A DNA stretch of 64,000 nt from Octopus sinensis (Eukaryota), in contig NC_043001.1 of assembly GCF_006345805.1 (NCBI RefSeq), positions 81,778,001-81,842,000 on the forward strand, read 5' to 3'. Shown here in pieces: positions 25,466-38,166 of this stretch. The first letter of the stretch is position 1; every line of letters starts with the position of its first letter. The notes under the pieces were generated by a model that saw only the letters and a list, made by a program, of their open reading frames with translations, did not search any database and was not told the DNA's origin. Both the position numbers and the translations under genes were made by a program.

Positions 25466-27405
25466 AGGGAGAACAAGGGAGAGACAAGGGAGAAGAGGGA
25501 GAGAAGAAAAGAAAGACGTCGGAGAAGAGGAAGGAGAGAGAAGACGAGGGGGTAGAGGGAGGGTTAACAAGGAGATAAGAGTGACAGAGAAGAGAGAGGG
25601 GTACAAGAGAAGAAAAGAGAACGTGAGTGAAGAGAGAAGAAGAGGAGAGAACCGAGGAGAAAGAAAGAGGAGAGAAGTGGAAAATAAAAAAAGAAAAGAA
25701 AGGGGAAAAAAGAATAACGACAAGTATGGTCGCAATTATAAATGCCACACCAGCAACAAATACACCAACCACAACAAATCACCTCAACCACAACACTAGC
25801 AATTTTGTAGAACCAATAATGGTAGGATTCGAAAGTAAAGACAAATCACCGTCGAAAAAGTGTCTGCAAGTGTGTATTGGAGGTGACGGGGAAGAAGAAA
25901 CGGGAGTAGATGGGGTAGTAAAAAAACAAGAACAACGGTAACAGAAACGAAAAACGAAGGGAGAAAGATGATAGAAAGTAAAAACAAAACGAAACGAAAT
26001 TTATAAAAAAAAATGTTTCTAGGCACGTTAGTAATGTTAGGGAATTGTTTGTTTGTGCTGTTTGGTTTGGTTTGAGTGAAGAAAAGAAATAAAAGACAGT
26101 ACGGAAGAATGAAAGAAGAAGCAATAACCCCAAACTGATAAACACACAAGCACGTACATATAAACAAACATACACACAAACAGAAACATGCGCGCGCGTA
26201 ATAAATATATGAAAAAAAAAAATTTTAATATTCATCGAGAGATTGTAAAAGAAACTGTTTTGATTAAGGAAGGGTTTGGTTTGACGTGTAGAAGAAATAA
26301 AACTGAAGCATCAAACGCAGAATGTAATCACCACCACCACCACCACCACCACCACCGCTACCAGCATCACAACCAATATCACTACCACCAACATCATCAT
26401 CATCATCATCATCACCATTATCACCACAACCATCATCATGACCACCACCATTGCAGCTATTACTACCTCCATCATCATCTATTACACATTAAACTCAAAA
26501 ATACAAATATAAAAACACACGCACACCAAATATCGACTAATTACATTTGGAGTGATTGGGGAATTTTTTTTTTTTTTATGTTGCCCCCCCCCCCTTACCT
26601 TTCAATATCACTGATTGGTTTCTACAACACTAACGACGACGACGATGATGATGATGATTAATGATGATAAGGGAAAAAAACACAAACAAAAGCAATGCAA
26701 TCCACTTTCTCTTCATTAATAACATTGCTCATTGCTCTCAGAACTTACCTCAAAGTCATCCCAATCATATTACGAGGGGTGGAAGTGAAGGGGCAGACTG
26801 GGTAGATAAAGCAGCGTACACCTTACACAGTATACCTCTGAACATTAGACTCTATACGGCAACAGCTGGATGTGGTCAGCTTTCGTGAGGGATATGGTGA
26901 ACCTGTTGGTCGGGAACCTGGCTCGACACATGCATCAAATGAATACCATCATAAGTACAGGTGAGTACAATATCTCCATAGGCACAGGTGTGGCAGCTGC
27001 AGGGTAAGAAGCTTGCTTCCCAAGCACATGGTTCCTAGGTTAAGTCCCATTGAGTGGCACTTTGGGCAAGTGTCTTCTATTATAGCCTCAGGCCGACCAA
27101 AGCCTTGTGAGTGGATTTGGTACACGGAAACTGAACGAAGCCCATCGTGTGTGTGTGTGTGTGTATGTGTCTTTGTTGGACCCCCACCACTAATGCTTCA
27201 CATTCGACATTGGTGTGTTTATGTTACTGTAATTTAGTGGTTTGGCAAAATAGACCAAGAGAGTAAGTCTGTAAAAATTCAATGTTATTATCAGTTCAAA
27301 TATGCTTGTGGCTCACTCGAACTCGTAAGCAAGCCATTCACTGTGTTTTGCCATGGAGAAAATTTCTCCATAACGAAACTGGTAATAACGTTGCAGTTAC
27401 ACACC

Positions 27406-27808
27406 AGGAGTGGCTATGTGGTAAGAAGCTTGCTTCCCAACCACATGGTTCTGGGTTCAGTCCCATTGCATGGCACCTTGGGCAAGTGTCTTCTGCTATA
27501 GCCGTGGGCTGACCAAAGCCTTGTGAGTGGATTTGGTAGACAGAAACTGAAAGAAGCCCATCATATTATATATATATATATGTATATATGTGTGTGTGTG
27601 TCTGTGTTTGTCCCCCTACCATTGCTTGACAACCGATGTTGGTGTGTTTACGTCTACATAACTTAGTGGTTCAGCAAAAGAGAACCGATAGAATAAGTAC
27701 TAGGTTTACGAAGAATAAGTGCTGGGGTTGATTTCTTTGACTAAAGGCGGTGCACCAGCATGACCGCAGTTAAAAAAAAAGCTGTAACAAGTAAAAGAAT
27801 AAAAGAGT
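27406..27808 (+). mobile_element. SINE family A, full length
   Basis: Colinear with 23874-24282. Confidence 0.75.
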
Positions 27809-28181
27809 TACTGCTTAGCACTCTTACCTCATAATCTATAAAGATTGTGCCAGTGAGATAATTAATTGGTGCATTAATGACTTACAGTCATTAATGCACC
27901 ACTTAATGGATAAAGGAGATTGGAATAGAATATCCTGTAATGTTTCTACAGAAGGTTTGCCTCTTAGGAACAGGGAAGATCACCAGAAGGGTTCTGAGCA
28001 CTTAATGGCATATTGAAATCATGTGGATATCTAAGGTTACAGGTAGTAACCCACTAGTCACATAAATTCTACAAGGAATAAGACCAATATTGAGACAAGA
28101 AAACAACCATATCAACAACAATAAGAACAACTTCACAAAGAAAGGTTTAACCCATAAGCATTCAGATTTCTTTGTAAGGCA

Positions 28182-28760
28182 GTGAGCTGGCAGAATTGTT
28201 AGCATACCAGGTGAAATGCGTAGCCGTATTTCGTCTGCCGCACCATTCTGAGTTCAAATTCCGCCGAGGTCAACTTTGCCTTTCATCCTTTCGGGGTCGA
28301 TTAAATAAGTACCAGTTACGCACAGGGGTCGATATAATCAACTTAATCCATTTGTCTGTTCTTGTTTGTCCTCTCTGTGTTTAGCCCCTTGTGGGCAATA
28401 AAGAAATAGGTATTTCGTCTGTCATTATGTTCTGAGTTCAAATTCCGCCGAGGTTGACTTTGCCTTTCATCCTTTCGGAGTTGATTAAATAAGCACCAGT
28501 TACGCACTGGGGTCGATATAATCAACTTAATCCATTTGTCTGTCCTTGTATGTCCTCTCTCTGTTTAGCCCCTTGTGGGTAGTAAAGAAATAGGTATTTT
28601 GTCTGTCTTTATGTTCTGAGTTCAAATTCCGCCGAGGTCGACTTTGCCTTTCATCCTTTCGGGGTCGATAAATTAAGTACCAGTTGCGTAGTGAGATTGA
28701 TCTAATCAACTGGCCCCTTCCCCCAAAATTTCAGGCCTTGTGCCTAGAGTAGAAAAGATT
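28182..28760 (+). mobile_element. SINE family C head-to-tail trimer
   Basis: A-box-like TGGCAGAATTGTTAG and B box GAGTTCAAATTCC; body repeated three times with period about 185 bp. Confidence 0.75.
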
Positions 28761-29016
28761 CAGATTTCTTTGTCAAATATATTGCTTATTTATTCACATT
28801 GTTTTGAATTAATCACACATTATTTTGTAGCTTCAAGATTTCAATTCTGTGTTTGTATATTTTTAGAATGATGTTGTAGGGCAGGTGTGAAAGAGGCTGG
28901 ATCTGGTCAATTTTTTAACATAAAACAGGTAGAATATTTGGGGTGGATATGGCCAGATGAAATGCTAAGGGGTCAAGATCAGAGGTGAAAGAGCAGAGTA
29001 AGAAAGGTCAGCTTAC

Positions 29017-29162
29017 CACATCATAATGACCATGTTGAGAGGCAAGATGGAGAGCCGTACCACCATCATCGGCTTTCTCGTCAACAGGAGAGCCATGTTC
29101 AAGTAAGAGTCGCACTGGTTCAACTTTACCCTGCCAAGCAGCATAGTGTAATGCTATCATGC
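29017..29162 (-). CDS. Caskin: Caskin-like ankyrin-repeat exon (146 nt, phase 1 to 0)
   Basis: Acceptor tttgtctgttgcag, donor GTG|gtaagc. Encodes (G)[48 protein letters not shown], matching the Caskin-type LHYAAWQG...LHLAAQHGHYDV ankyrin repeats. Confidence 0.93.
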
Positions 29163-29840
29163 CTGCAACAGACAAAAAAAAAAAAAGGAAAAAATAAGAT
29201 TTCAATCCTGACAAATATGGTAACTTTATGGACATCATTTTCATTCTTTGTTTTACATGTTTTATAAAGATATGACACAGATTTTACAGATACATATATA
29301 TTTGATTTAAAAGCTTTTGTATTAATGGAAAACCTATATATTTGGCTGATGAGCACTCAGCATCTTAAATCTGCTGTAATACTTACAACTTTTAATAAAA
29401 TGATGTAGTGTGAAACAATTGTACCAAAACACCGGAGTCATTCTTGTTGCTTATTTTGATTATAATCACCCTGCAAATTTTTATGGATAACACCATACAA
29501 AATTCTGGTGCATCTAAATTAAGTACCATATTCATTTGAATCTAAATTGTTGCTGAACTTATATATATATATGTAAATAAGGATAAGATCGTTAATTTAA
29601 TTATCAATTTTATGAAATGGTCAGCATGGAATAAAAATCTTCAAAGGTAATAATTATTATTAAAATTATAATTTAGGGTATCTAAGAGATACCTCCACAT
29701 TGGAAATAGCAGCCAAATGTTGACTCTAAAACCACATTAAATGAACATTTAATATGGTTTTAGAGTCAAGATTTGGCTGCTATTTCCAGCGTGGAGGTAT
29801 CTCTTGGATACCCTAAATTATAATTTATATATATATATAT

Positions 29841-30286
29841 AAATACAAAATGGGACAAGAATGCAAAACATTCAAATAGACGATTCAAAAAACGGACGGG
29901 TCATTCAAAGCCTCTAATCTTCAGTCAAGAACCGGATCATCCTCGCAATTTCGGCTATTTGAATGTTTTGTGTTCTTGTCCCATTTTGTATTTTTATAAA
30001 TATATTATTGCAGCAACGTACACCTTATTCCTCTCTCTCTCTCTATATATATTATATACTATATCTATCTATATATTATATATATTATATATATATATAA
30101 ATACAAAATGGGACAAGAATGCAAAACATTCAAATAGACGATTCAAAAAACGGACGGGTCATTCAAAGCCTCTAATCTTCAGTCAAGAACCGGATCATCC
30201 TCGCAATTTCGGCTATTTGAATGTTTTGTGTTCTTGTCCATTTTGTATTTTTATAAATATATTATTGCAGCGAACGTACACCTTAT

Positions 30287-30300
<14 letters not shown>
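29841..30300. repeat. Tandem duplication (period about 258 bp) of a 153-bp fold-back unit
   Basis: Units 29841-29993 and 30099-30250 are nearly identical; each has about 39-bp terminal inverted repeats. Confidence 0.85.
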
Positions 30301-30317
<17 letters not shown>

Positions 30318-30338
30318 CTATATCTATCTATATTTATA

Positions 30339-30377
<39 letters not shown>

Positions 30378-30859
30378 CCACACACACACAAATTATATAA
30401 TTCTTACTACCCACAAGGGGACAAACAAGGACAGACAAACAGATTAAGTCGATTACATTGACCCCAGTGCGTAACTGGTACTTAATTTATCGACCCCAAA
30501 AGAATGAAAGGCAAAGTCAACCTTGGCGGAATTTGAACTCAGAATGTAACGACAGACGAAATACGGCAACGCATTTCGTATGGCGTGCTAACGTTTTTGC
30601 TAGCTTGCCACAGAAATGCAATTATATAATTAATGAAAAATTTGGGTTCAATCCCAGTGTGTGGTAGCAGCACTTTGGGTGCATGTGTTTAATAATACCT
30701 TGTGGTTGAGTTTGACAGAGAAAACTCTACAGGGAGAGAGATTTGTGCAGAGTAATTTGAGGGAGATTTGGTTACTATTTCTTGTAGTTCAATGGATCAG
30801 GTTGAGGCACCCACTATTGGTTCATTCATAAATATAGACAATGGAAGTGATCGCATACA

Positions 30860-31676
30860 TTCACACACACACACACACACACACCTCTGAGGAAACAAAC
30901 ATATGCTAAACATGCAAATGCAAACAAACTTACTGACAAATACTATGCACACATTCACACACACACATCTGCAAACAAATGCATGCACACATGCAAATAT
31001 AAAAAAAATACACTGATCATGCTACACCTGCAAGCATGCATGCATTCCTGCAAATGAGTGCACAAGCACCTGCACCAGATAACAAGTGTATGCCTGCAAA
31101 CGTGTACGTATGCATGCATTCATGTACAAACAGGCGTAAACACAATCATGGCATAAATGTTTGCGTGTGCATGTGTACACAGAGACATACACAAATAGCC
31201 ATACACACATTCACATAAACATGCATATACACACACCCATAATACTAAGGTCTATACATATACATACACGCAAACATACAATCACATACAAACATGCATA
31301 CACACTCGTGGTACAAATATGTATTTGTATATACACACACACACACACACACATGCACTTACATACAAACATACATAAACACACTTGTGGTACAAAAGTG
31401 TATTATATAAAATACACACACACACACAGAGTCAATTACAAAGACACATACATTTACATACAAATGTACATATACTCGTGGTACAGAAGTGTATGTGTGT
31501 ATATATGTATATATATATATATATATATTATTCATATACACACATACATTCACTTAAATATGCATATATACACACACACACACAATATCTATATATATAT
31601 ATATATAGATATATATACACACACCACACTCATGGCACAAGTGTACATACACACACACAGCATAAAACTGCATAAG

Positions 31677-31735
<59 letters not shown>

Positions 31736-32115
31736 CCATACAAATGTACATATAAACACATACACATGGAACATGTGCAAACGTGCAGACATACACAAAC
31801 ACATATATTCATATACAAACATGCATATATACGTGCACACATACGCTACAGTATGTGTGAATGCGTACACACACCATACCATACATACAAAAGGTTCACA
31901 CACACACACAATACATACAAATGCAAACACACACAGCAGGTACAAATATATACAAAGCACATGTACACATACAGCAAGTGCAAACATGCACATAGATCAC
32001 GTACAGGTGCATACATGCACAAACACACACACACACACACCACAAGCATTCATGCACATAACCTCCTGCATGAATAAGAATACAACACGCACAAACACAC
32101 ATACACACACACACA
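30860..32115. repeat. (CA)/(TA) low-complexity field
   Basis: Directly visible; similar fields at 16155-16600 and 37600-38170. Confidence 0.9.
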
Positions 32116-32425
32116 GAGAACTATGCTGTAAGAAAGAACGACAGTCACTCCCCTACTTTCCCCAACAGTGTCCCCGCCCTAATTATACAACAATGAACCC
32201 CTTAGAAATGCATTCTTCACATTTCTAAAGACATTCCACATCATGAGGAATGTCTACAGAAATACTTGTTCCATTACTAATCACATTGTCACATTCTCGA
32301 GAAATTCCTTCAGCTCATCCCTACCACGGCTTCTCCTTGTCCCCACCTCTTGAGAACAGGGAGAAAACAAGGTAAAAAGGGGAAAATATGTACCTGCAAA
32401 TATCAGGAAATAATAATAATAATAA

Positions 32426-32456
<31 letters not shown>

Positions 32457-32592
32457 ATAATAATAATCCTTTCTACTATAGGCACAAGGCCTGAAATTTT
32501 AGGGGAGGGGTCTAGTCAATTACATTAACCCCAGTATTCCACTGGTACTTATTTCTTAAATCCTGAAAGGATGAAAGGCCAAGTTAACCTCA

Positions 32593-32958
32593 GCAGAATT
32601 TGAACACAGAACACTGAGACCTCCTTTGGTCATGACTGACCGTGGGATTGCACCTAGAAAATTACCCTCCCAGACACAAGTCTGAGCAAGTTTGTCGTAT
32701 GTTTATGGAAGACCAGCAATCGCCCATGCATACCGGCCTCCCTTCTCCACACCACCAGTGTTATCCAAGGGAAAGGCAACAGCAGATACAGCTTGGCACC
32801 TGTGACGTCGCAACTCATTTCTACAGCTGAGTGAACTGGAGCAACATGAAATAAAGTGTCTTGCTCAAGAACATAACATGCAGCCCGGTCTGGGATTCAA
32901 ACTCAAACCTCATGATCATAAGCTCGACGTTCTAACCACTGAGCCATGCGCCTTCATT
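32593..32958 (-). mobile_element. SINE family D (tRNA head, AAGTGTCTTGCTCAAGAAC central motif)
   Basis: Reverse tRNA-like head (TGGCTCAGTGGTTAG ... GAGTTTGAATCCC); related copy at 39146-39395. Confidence 0.65.
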
Positions 32959-33694
32959 TTTGTGTTTGTGTGTCTATGTCCCTATAACTTAGCAGTTTGG
33001 AAAAAGAAACCAATAGAATATGTACAAGGCTTGAAAAGAAAATAAGTACTGAGGCTAAACTTCCTCAAGGTGGTGCTCCAGTAAGGCCACAGTCTAATGA
33101 CTGAAACAAGTAAAAGATAAAAGGTGCCAAGCAGTGGGACTGAACCCATGACTTTGTGGTTGCAAAATGAACATCTTAAACATTCAACTACACTGCACCC
33201 ACAGTAGGCAACTAACAAGCAGGATATCAAAATAAACTGTACTGAAGGAGGAATATAATAACAGGTAGGAAGAACATCGATGTAACTTGTACTACAGGTG
33301 TTTAGGAAAAAAATAACAGGTACAACATCAAAACTTGTGCTACAGGTATAGAAAAACTAACAGGTAGAGCACTGAAAATTAAGTGCAACACAGTTGTAGT
33401 CCCTTCACATCAAATATAACAGGTAGCATACCAAAATAAGGTGTACCACAGGTATAGCAAATTAACAGGTAGTACATCAAAATAACTTGTACCACAGGTG
33501 TAGCAAACTAACAGGTAGAACAAGAAGCAAGAATACTAAAATAAATATGCCAGGTGTAAACAAACGTCAAAATATCAGGTATGACAAATACAGGAAGATT
33601 ATTTATATATATATATAAAGAGAGAGAGAGAGAAAGAAAGAGAGGGAGAGATACTGCATGAGTGTTTATATGTGTGTATATGTATGTATGTATG

Positions 33695-33740
<46 letters not shown>

Positions 33741-34335
33741 TACATATATATACACATGTGTTTGTGTGTGAGTGTGCATGCGCGCACACTTGCGTGTTGT
33801 ATATTTGATCCTAAAATAAGAAAGTTAATAAAATAAGCAGCACAAAAGTTCTGGAATTTCAAACAACTGACTGTTTTCCTTCCCACACATTGATGGCATT
33901 GTGCCAACATTAAAAAAATCATTACCATTATTATTGTTGTTAGAATGGAGCGGTTTCTAAAATGGTAGATGACACAATTAACAGAACAGCTGTGAAAATG
34001 TCTCTTAGTATTTCATCATACTTACTCGTGGTCATCTCAATGGATATCTGTCATCTGTCACGTAGGTCAGTTCAAAATCTAATGCTTACCCCCCCCCCTT
34101 CCAGGTTAACGTCAAGTATTGTACCAGTGTCAAAAATTCCTTATCACAATTGTTATGATTACGCCAAGGTAGACTTTGCCTTTCATCCTTTTAGAGTTAA
34201 CAAAATAAAGTACCAATCAAGCACTGGGGTTGATATAATCACTTTACTTCTTCCCTAAAATGGCTGCCCTTCTGCCAAAATTTCAAACCATTACTATTAT
34301 TGTGGGTAGTAAAGAAATATATTATTATTATTATT

Positions 34336-34888
34336 GAGTGAGAGAGCAGTGCATGCCATCAAAGTGACACTGGGGTAAAATATGCAAAGCCCACTATATC
34401 CATCATGACTACCCGTCTGATAAGGGTACACCAGGCACATGCATCACAACCATATGTGCACGATATGGTGATTTCATATTAAGATAAACAGCACATGACC
34501 TTGCAGGTGGGGCCCAGTTAGAATTTTCTTCTGGTCGAGTAACCCATCCCACTCAAAAGATCCCTGAATAAGGGTTGTTTAAGGATGTTGAACGAAACAC
34601 CCATGTTTCCAGAGGTGAATTATTCAAGCCCCAAAAATCCTTCTCAAAACATGGTTACGATGCTCCTCCACTACTTCTACTCATGATCAGAGATGCACAT
34701 ATCATCAGCCACTAAGGGACATGCTCAACTGGTTAAGGTCAAACAACTGACAAGCAAATCTGTGGCATTGAGCAGAATATTTGCTGTAGCCCATCTTTCA
34801 TACCAAGACAAAACAATGTACATGATAACACTTCCAATAAGTTAAGATCTGAAGCCACGAGAGCCACTGCCTGGTACTGCATCAGGGC

Positions 34889-34889
<1 letters not shown>
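34336..34889 (-). mobile_element. About 550-bp non-coding element bounded by (TAA)n
   Basis: TAA arrays on both sides. Its 3' part recurs in opposite orientation at 58445-58583, again followed by (TAA)n. Confidence 0.55.
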
Positions 34890-34920
<31 letters not shown>

Positions 34921-34922
<2 letters not shown>

Positions 34923-35360
34923 TAGTCTTATTTTTATCAAGTAATTTCACTGCACTACCGAGCGCAGCTCTGTGTGACTTGGGTATGTGCTGTGATTTGT
35001 TGTGGTGCTGTTATTTTCATTGTATTGAAAGTACTATACGTAAGATGTGTACAGTGGTGCCTAGTAGTGCTATTTTCTGCATGTTATATATACTTGTAAG
35101 TCCTGGTGTTTTTATCTGAATGTTTTTTATCATACCTAATGCACCTACTATAAGAGGAATTGCTTGTTTTTAGGCTCCACATTTGAGTTATCACTATTCC
35201 AGATCTTCGTATTTTGAAAGTTTCTCCATTTCTTTTAGAGAAATGTTGTCATCTGTTTGTATTGATATATTGATTAGAAAGCATTTTTATTCTTGGTGAT
35301 CTGACAACTATATCCGGCCTATTAGCCTTGATTTTTTTTACCTGTGTGTATTAGCATATC
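34921..35360 (-). mobile_element. R4/Dong-like non-LTR retrotransposon 3' fragment (RLE endonuclease)
   Basis: Frameshifted IHT.KKIKANRPDIVV...KEMEKLSKYEDL...IVGALGMIKK; (TAA)n at the 3' end and TAA-rich sequence at the 5' end. Confidence 0.75.
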
Positions 35361-36095
35361 CTTATTATAATTATTTTTTATTATTATAGAACTATCAGCC
35401 CATTCCAGTTCGATCCATCTTCCAATGACTCCAGCTAGACACCACTGATCCCAACAAGAAACCTTTGCTAACCAGAGTCTTTCAATAACTATAGGCAGAC
35501 AGCTTCACTGACTCCAGTTAAACACAACCAACTCCAGTTATAGTCCATTAGTGACAAGAGTCCCTCAATATTTTCAGACAGACAGCTGCACCCAATTATA
35601 ACTATATCTCTACTAACTTTAGTTAGTCCTTTTAATTAACTCTAATTAAACACCACAGCTTATTCAGTTGTTGACGATGTTTTATGGAATGTGAAGACAC
35701 TGCAAATGAGACGTGTGAATCACTTCAACCTAATTTCTCTAAAAACACATGTCTGATCTCAGCTAAAAAAAAATATTCTTTCTCTCAATCTTTTTTGTAC
35801 TACTTAAAAGGTAGGGGACATCTTTGTTGTTGTTGTTTAACCTGCTAGAAACAGCAGTCAAAATTCCTTCAAATCTCACCGTAACCTATGAACAGGAGAC
35901 AAATATTTAGGACAATGTTGGACAGCAACAACACTACCATTAATACAGTGGGGTTTTTTCTTGGCTTTTTTAAACAAAAATATAGTGTCACTAGAGTAAC
36001 TGCAAAGCTATGAGATTAACAACTAATATAGAAATAGAAGTGGAGACATTATCATCATCATCAGTTAATGTCTATTTGCCATGCCGAAATGTTTG

Positions 36096-36546
36096 GTGTA
36101 TGAAGAAATACTGTCTCAAAAGTAATGCAAGCCTTTGAGAAAGAGGGAAAAACCTCCTTGTTGAAACAAAACTCCAGAAGAAAACCAAAAGATTCAGATA
36201 GGGACCATCAGACTCTTACACAAATTGTAAGAAAGGATCACAAAAGTACAGCTTCCTAAATTACTGCAGAGCTTAATGACCATCCTGAGAACCCAGTTTC
36301 CACCAAAACTGTTAGCCAGGAGCTGCACAAAGCCGGATTTCACAGGAGGGCAGCAATCAGAAAACCACTACTTTCAAAAACCACAACTTTCAAAAGCGTT
36401 TAGAGTGGAGTAAAAACCTACAGAATTGGTCCCTAGAGCAGTAGAAGAATATTATTTTCTGAGACGAGTCAGCCTTTACCCTATTTCCGACCGCCAGCTG
36501 GATATACGTGTGGAGACAGGCAAAAGAAGCATTTGACCCAGACTGC
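36096..36546 (+). mobile_element. Tc1/mariner transposase relic (HTH and start of DDE domain)
   Basis: ...TQIVRKDHKSTAS*ITAELN...VSTKTVSQELHKAGFHRRAAIRKPLL / KRLEWSKNLQNWSLEQ*KNIIF*DESAFTLF...IYVWRQAKEAFDPDC, with stops and a frameshift. Confidence 0.85.
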
Positions 36547-36608
36547 ATGTGTATGAAGAAGTACTGTCTCAAATGTAATGCAGCCTTTGAGAAAGAGGGA
36601 AAAACCTC

Positions 36609-36689
<81 letters not shown>

Positions 36690-36900
36690 TGTAAACAAGA
36701 GAGACAGAGAAAGGCAGAAACAAGGAAAATGCCACTTATATTTGAACACTATACAACTATTCCTTTAAAAAAACTTTTCTTTTAATTTTTCTAAATTTGA
36801 TAATTTAATTGTTACAGTTGAAAAGGTCTCAAAATGACCGAAACCGGTACTGAAATGTTCTTTATAAAATTATTTTAGCATTTTCTATCTTGACTTGTTT

Positions 36901-36965
<65 letters not shown>

Positions 36966-37693
36966 TATGAAAGACTAAGGGACACAAACAAACACACACA
37001 CAAAGCCTTTAACTTTTTCTAACCAAAGGGTTTGTATCTCAATATCTACATGCTACCATTTATAGCTACATTTGCTTCAAGAATCACTGTTCCTAAAAAG
37101 AATCATTGATGAAGATGTTTAGGTGGGGTTGGAGGGGTGGGGTGGAAGACAGGCTAGAATCTCAGAAACTGGAAATACAAAAAACAAAAAGGGCTTTTAC
37201 TGGAATGTATCAAGAATTTCTTTTTGAAGATTGTTGCTCCAAATTCTTGGCATTTACTCCTTTCCTTTGAAGGTGGGGTTTACAAAGAATACCTTATTTA
37301 TAACTCCTACACCCTAGATAAAAATCAGATAAACCCTTCTTTGTTTTTATCATTCATTTTCACATGTTAAAAAAAGCAGTCAATTATTATTATTATTATT
37401 AATAATATTATTTTTGTTGTTGTTGTTTCAAGAATTTTCTAAAAGAATAACACAGAGTTCCATATGACATCAAAGACAACATGTCTTTTAAATCTGTGAA
37501 TGGAATGGAGCTGAAAGGATAACAATTTGTTGAGTTTCAGCTTCTGGTAAGTTATATAACTCTACTTTTGGTATTGAGCACTTACTCTCCCTGTTGTTCA
37601 TCTTTACGCATTTACATACATATATACACACATTCAAGTGTATATACATATAAACAAATTTTATATGTATATATATATTTACACACACAAACG

Positions 37694-37734
<41 letters not shown>

Positions 37735-38062
37735 TACATACATACACAAACATATATATATACATATATTTATACACACACACATATATATACATACACA
37801 TATATACATACACATATATACATATATACATGCATATATATACATATATACATACACATATACATGCATATATACATACACATATATACGCATATATATA
37901 ATATATATATATATACATATACACACACACATACATATATACACATACACACACATACGCACATATGTACACATAGACACACACATAAACATGTACACAT
38001 AGACACACACATAAACATGTACACACATGTATGTTTACATATATACACACTCATGTTTGTTT

Positions 38063-38166
<104 letters not shown>

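Noticed and set aside
24873-25772. 299-aa minus ORF and overlapping KEREEAR ORFs
   Set aside because: Read-through of polypurine tracts and a 21-bp minisatellite; low complexity and no domain.
29900-29950. Hammerhead-like CTGAAGA on the minus strand of the duplicated unit
   Set aside because: Lacks GAAA and a convincing stem II.
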